Origin: Octopus sinensis
Taxonomy: Eukaryota
Assembly: GCF_006345805.1 (NCBI RefSeq)
Contig: NC_043016.1
Coordinates: forward strand, 11,160,001-11,224,000
Direction: 5' to 3'
DNA: 64,000 nucleotides
In this document: positions 63,415 through 64,000 of the stretch, in pieces
Layout: each line of letters begins with the position of its first letter
Numbering within the stretch: the first letter of the stretch is position 1
Notes under the pieces: generated by a model
The model's input: only the letters and a program-made list of their open reading frames with translations
What the model was told of the DNA's origin: nothing
The model's database searches: none
Made by a program: the position numbers and the translations under genes

Positions 63415-64000
63415 TTGTATGTAGGTATGTATGTATGTATGTATGTGTGTATGTATATGTATGTATGTATGTATGTATGTATTGTGTGTGTGGTGTATGT
63501 ATGTATGTATGTATGTATGTTGTATGTATGTATGTGTGTGGTATGTATGTATGTATGTACTGTTGTATGTGTGTATGTATGTATGTATGTATGTATGTAT
63601 GTATGTTGTATGTGTGTGGTGTTGTATGTATGTATGTGTGTTGTATGTATTTATGTATGTGTATGTATGTATGTATGTATGTATGTGTGTGTGTATGTAT
63701 GTGTATGTATGTATGTATGTATGTATGTATTGCAGTATGTATGTATGTTATGTATGTATGTATGTTTGTGTGTATGATGTATGTATGTATGTGTTTGTAT
63801 GTATGTATGTATGTATGTATGTATGTATATGTGTGTGTGTGTGTGTGTGTGTGGTGTGTATAAATGTGTGTGTGTGCGTGCACATATGTTTATGTATGTA
63901 TGTATGCATGATTAAACAATTCAAGGGTGAATTTTACTGCTTCAACCTTCAGAAGAGATAGCATGATAATGCCAAGGATATTATACCTCCATTATGCATC

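Noticed and set aside
61769-64000. Treating sequence right of the N gap as the same intron
   Set aside because: The 100-N gap has unknown size, so distance and continuity with the gene are not established.

Overview
AT-rich, microsatellite-dense animal genomic DNA. The SINE, RTE and MITE repertoire looks like a coleoid cephalopod (Octopus-like); this is inference from repeat recognition, not a database hit. Almost every entry in the ORF track is a microsatellite or antisense-TE artefact. The only host coding sequence I can support is two in-frame, phase-0 exons (23712-23834 and 26485-26625, + strand) of an SDR16C-family short-chain dehydrogenase/reductase most like DHRS3 (LWGR, CDV, ILVNNAG and VNxLAHF motifs). 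I found neither exon 1 nor the catalytic YxxxK exon, so most of the window is probably intronic. The rest is TE-derived: tRNA-derived SINEs (CORE- and Nin-domain types), RTE, HERO/RLE and Penelope-like (GIY-YIG) retroelement relics, Tc1 and mariner relics, TTAA-flanked MITEs and Helitron-like elements. A 100-N scaffold gap lies at 61669-61768. The most interesting signal is about 11 type-I hammerhead ribozyme motifs from several short Penelope-type families. Three have intact or nearly intact cores and lie antisense to the gene: 55939-56029 (canonical core, long stem II), 36977-37022 (U3-A8 compensated core) and 54822-54856 (C4 variant). All four sense-strand copies carry core lesions, one of them inside a 182-bp double-hammerhead fold-back. 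Also notable: a 29-copy array of SINE 3' tails with higher-order structure, a minisatellite built from a hAT-like terminus with 8 phased AP-1 sites, several large inverted repeats, and a structured GC-rich RNA-like insert carrying the SINE/LINE 3' tail. All structures were folded by eye; none has been computed or tested.
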